Positions 62,470-64,000 of a DNA stretch of 64,000 bases are shown piece by piece. Position 1 is the stretch's first letter, and each line of letters opens with the position of its first letter. The notes under the pieces were generated by a model that saw nothing but the letters and a program-made list of their open reading frames with translations, was not told where the DNA came from and ran no database searches. This DNA is from Antedon mediterranea (Eukaryota > Animalia > Echinodermata): assembly GCF_964355755.1 (NCBI RefSeq), contig NC_092675.1, positions 15,162,912-15,226,911 of the forward strand. Reading direction: 5' to 3'. The position numbers and the translations under genes were made by a program.

Positions 62470-62825
62470 AGTGAATTCCAGAGTGTGGGTGCTGCAAAAG
62501 AAAACGATCTATGACCAAAGGTTTTAGTGGCTATGCGTGGAACAGAAAGTAAAAAATCATCAGATGATCTAAGTGTCCGTCCAGGAACATAAAAGGTGAT
62601 TAATTGACGGATGTAAGCAGGTTGGTTGAAAAGAAGTGCTTTAAAAGTAAGGAGCAAGATTTTAAATTTGATTCGATTGTCAATGGGGAGCCAGTGAAGT
62701 TCTCGAAGAACAGGTGAAATGTGAGAGCGACGGTTAGTGAACGTAATGATACGAGCAGCCGAGTTCTGTAGTCGTTGAAGACGATTAATTTGAAAATACG
62801 GAAGGGCATAGAACAGAGAATTGCA
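62470..62825 (-). mobile_element. L2-clade LINE 3' fragment; continues at ~63908-64000
   Basis: YCNSLF..RLQRLQNSAARII..HISPVLRELHWLPI..RSFSFAAPTLWNSLP; upstream part LRNIAHIRRFLS..IHGFISSRL at the window end. Confidence 0.85.
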
Positions 62826-63905
62826 ATAAATAATAATAATAACTTTATTGAACATACGCCTTTAAAAATCGGCGGCACACGTTCTTCTAATAAACAATAT
62901 ATATATACAATATAACGTTCTTACATATATTACATACATTATGTTAGCCTGAAGGCTAAATAAAAGTATAAAGAGAAAATAAAAGAAAAAAGATTTAAAT
63001 TAAAGAAAACGGATTGTACAAAAAGAAACTAAAGAGCAAAAAGTACAATACTTAACTTTGATGGAGTGTTTGGAGTCAATGTTTTTAATATGTTATTTTT
63101 AAAGAAAATATTATTAGACCTATTATTAAAAATGTCATTTAATTTAAATATTATATTGTTTATTATTATTTTATTATTTATGTTCTGTATATCATTTAAT
63201 TATGTTATGAGTTATGATCTTTATTTGTTATTTAGTTAAAGTAGTATTATTTTTATTATTATTTCGATTTTCCTAATTTTAATATTTAATCTTATTTTTA
63301 GTGTTTTATTAACCATTATACCTCAAATTATAATCCTGATTTTGTAAATTTTAAAGTCTCCATGCAGCAGTTAAGTGTTGTTTACAATGATGATACAAAA
63401 TACAGATATAAATAAAAGGCCTAAAATGAACAGAAATTACATTTGCAAAATTAACAAATTACATTATAAAGTTAAACATAAGAAATAAATGAATGACAAG
63501 GCATTTTAAAATCAACTGATACAAAAAAAAAACCACAACAACAGAAATTTACACTATGCAAGTCTTACTCTGCAATACAGAACGGAAATCTGGTACAATC
63601 TCTAGATCTATTAATTGATAATTGCGGAGCGCTTTTTCCATGCTCTTTTGGCATATATTTTGCAAAATTTATCAAGTATTAGATGGGTTTCTTTACTGAA
63701 CACATGATAGTCACTTCCAAGTGTTTATGAATAAGTCCCAAATATGATTAAGGTTAGAAGATTGCAATTGTAGTTTTAATCTCATGGTTTCTTCTTTTCT
63801 AATGTCGTCGTAAGCAGGACATTCAAATAGGAAGTGTGTTACGTTTTCTATACGTTTCATATTGCAAAGACTACATAAACCATCACTTTCAGGTAGCCAA
63901 TTGTA
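62826..63905 (-). mobile_element. Second LINE 3' end (CCHC motif + AT-rich 3' UTR) inserted into the L2 fragment
   Basis: LCSLCNMKRIENVTHFLFECPAYDDIR at ~63800-63880; AATAAA followed by a (TAT)n tail at ~62826-62850. Confidence 0.65.
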
Positions 63906-63907
63906 TT

Positions 63908-64000
63908 AATTAAGACGAGAGGAGATAAAACCATGAATGATAGAGGATGTGGAGCGTATCGAAAGAAAACGTCGAATGTGTGCAATATTGCGAAGATAAA
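63908..64000 (-). mobile_element. L2-clade LINE fragment, upstream part, runs off the window
   Basis: YLRNIAHIRRFLSIRSTSSIIHGFISSRL, which precedes DYCNSL in L2 ORF2. Confidence 0.7.

Overview
AT-rich eukaryotic (metazoan) genomic DNA; no prokaryotic features. A marine invertebrate source is inferred from the transposon repertoire only. One host gene spans most of the window on the minus strand: PRKCSH (glucosidase II beta subunit). Ten coding exons join with GT-AG sites and matching phases, from a signal-peptide exon at 55331-55436 to an exon at 1792-1866; the last exon(s) lie left of the window. Intron 1 is about 40.7 kb and is filled with transposons. These include a six-exon THAP-domain Kolobok-type transposase gene with an uninterrupted reading frame, a 3.8 kb palindromic Academ element built from two transposase 3' ends, other Academ-like elements, nested Helentron-like and Helitron-like elements, and TIR elements with 6-, 7-, 8- and 9-bp target-site duplications (TSDs). 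Elsewhere there are LINEs of several clades (one with a 2A-like peptide) and two tandem-repeat arrays. All coordinates and alignments were read by eye; TE family names come from motif recognition, not database searches.
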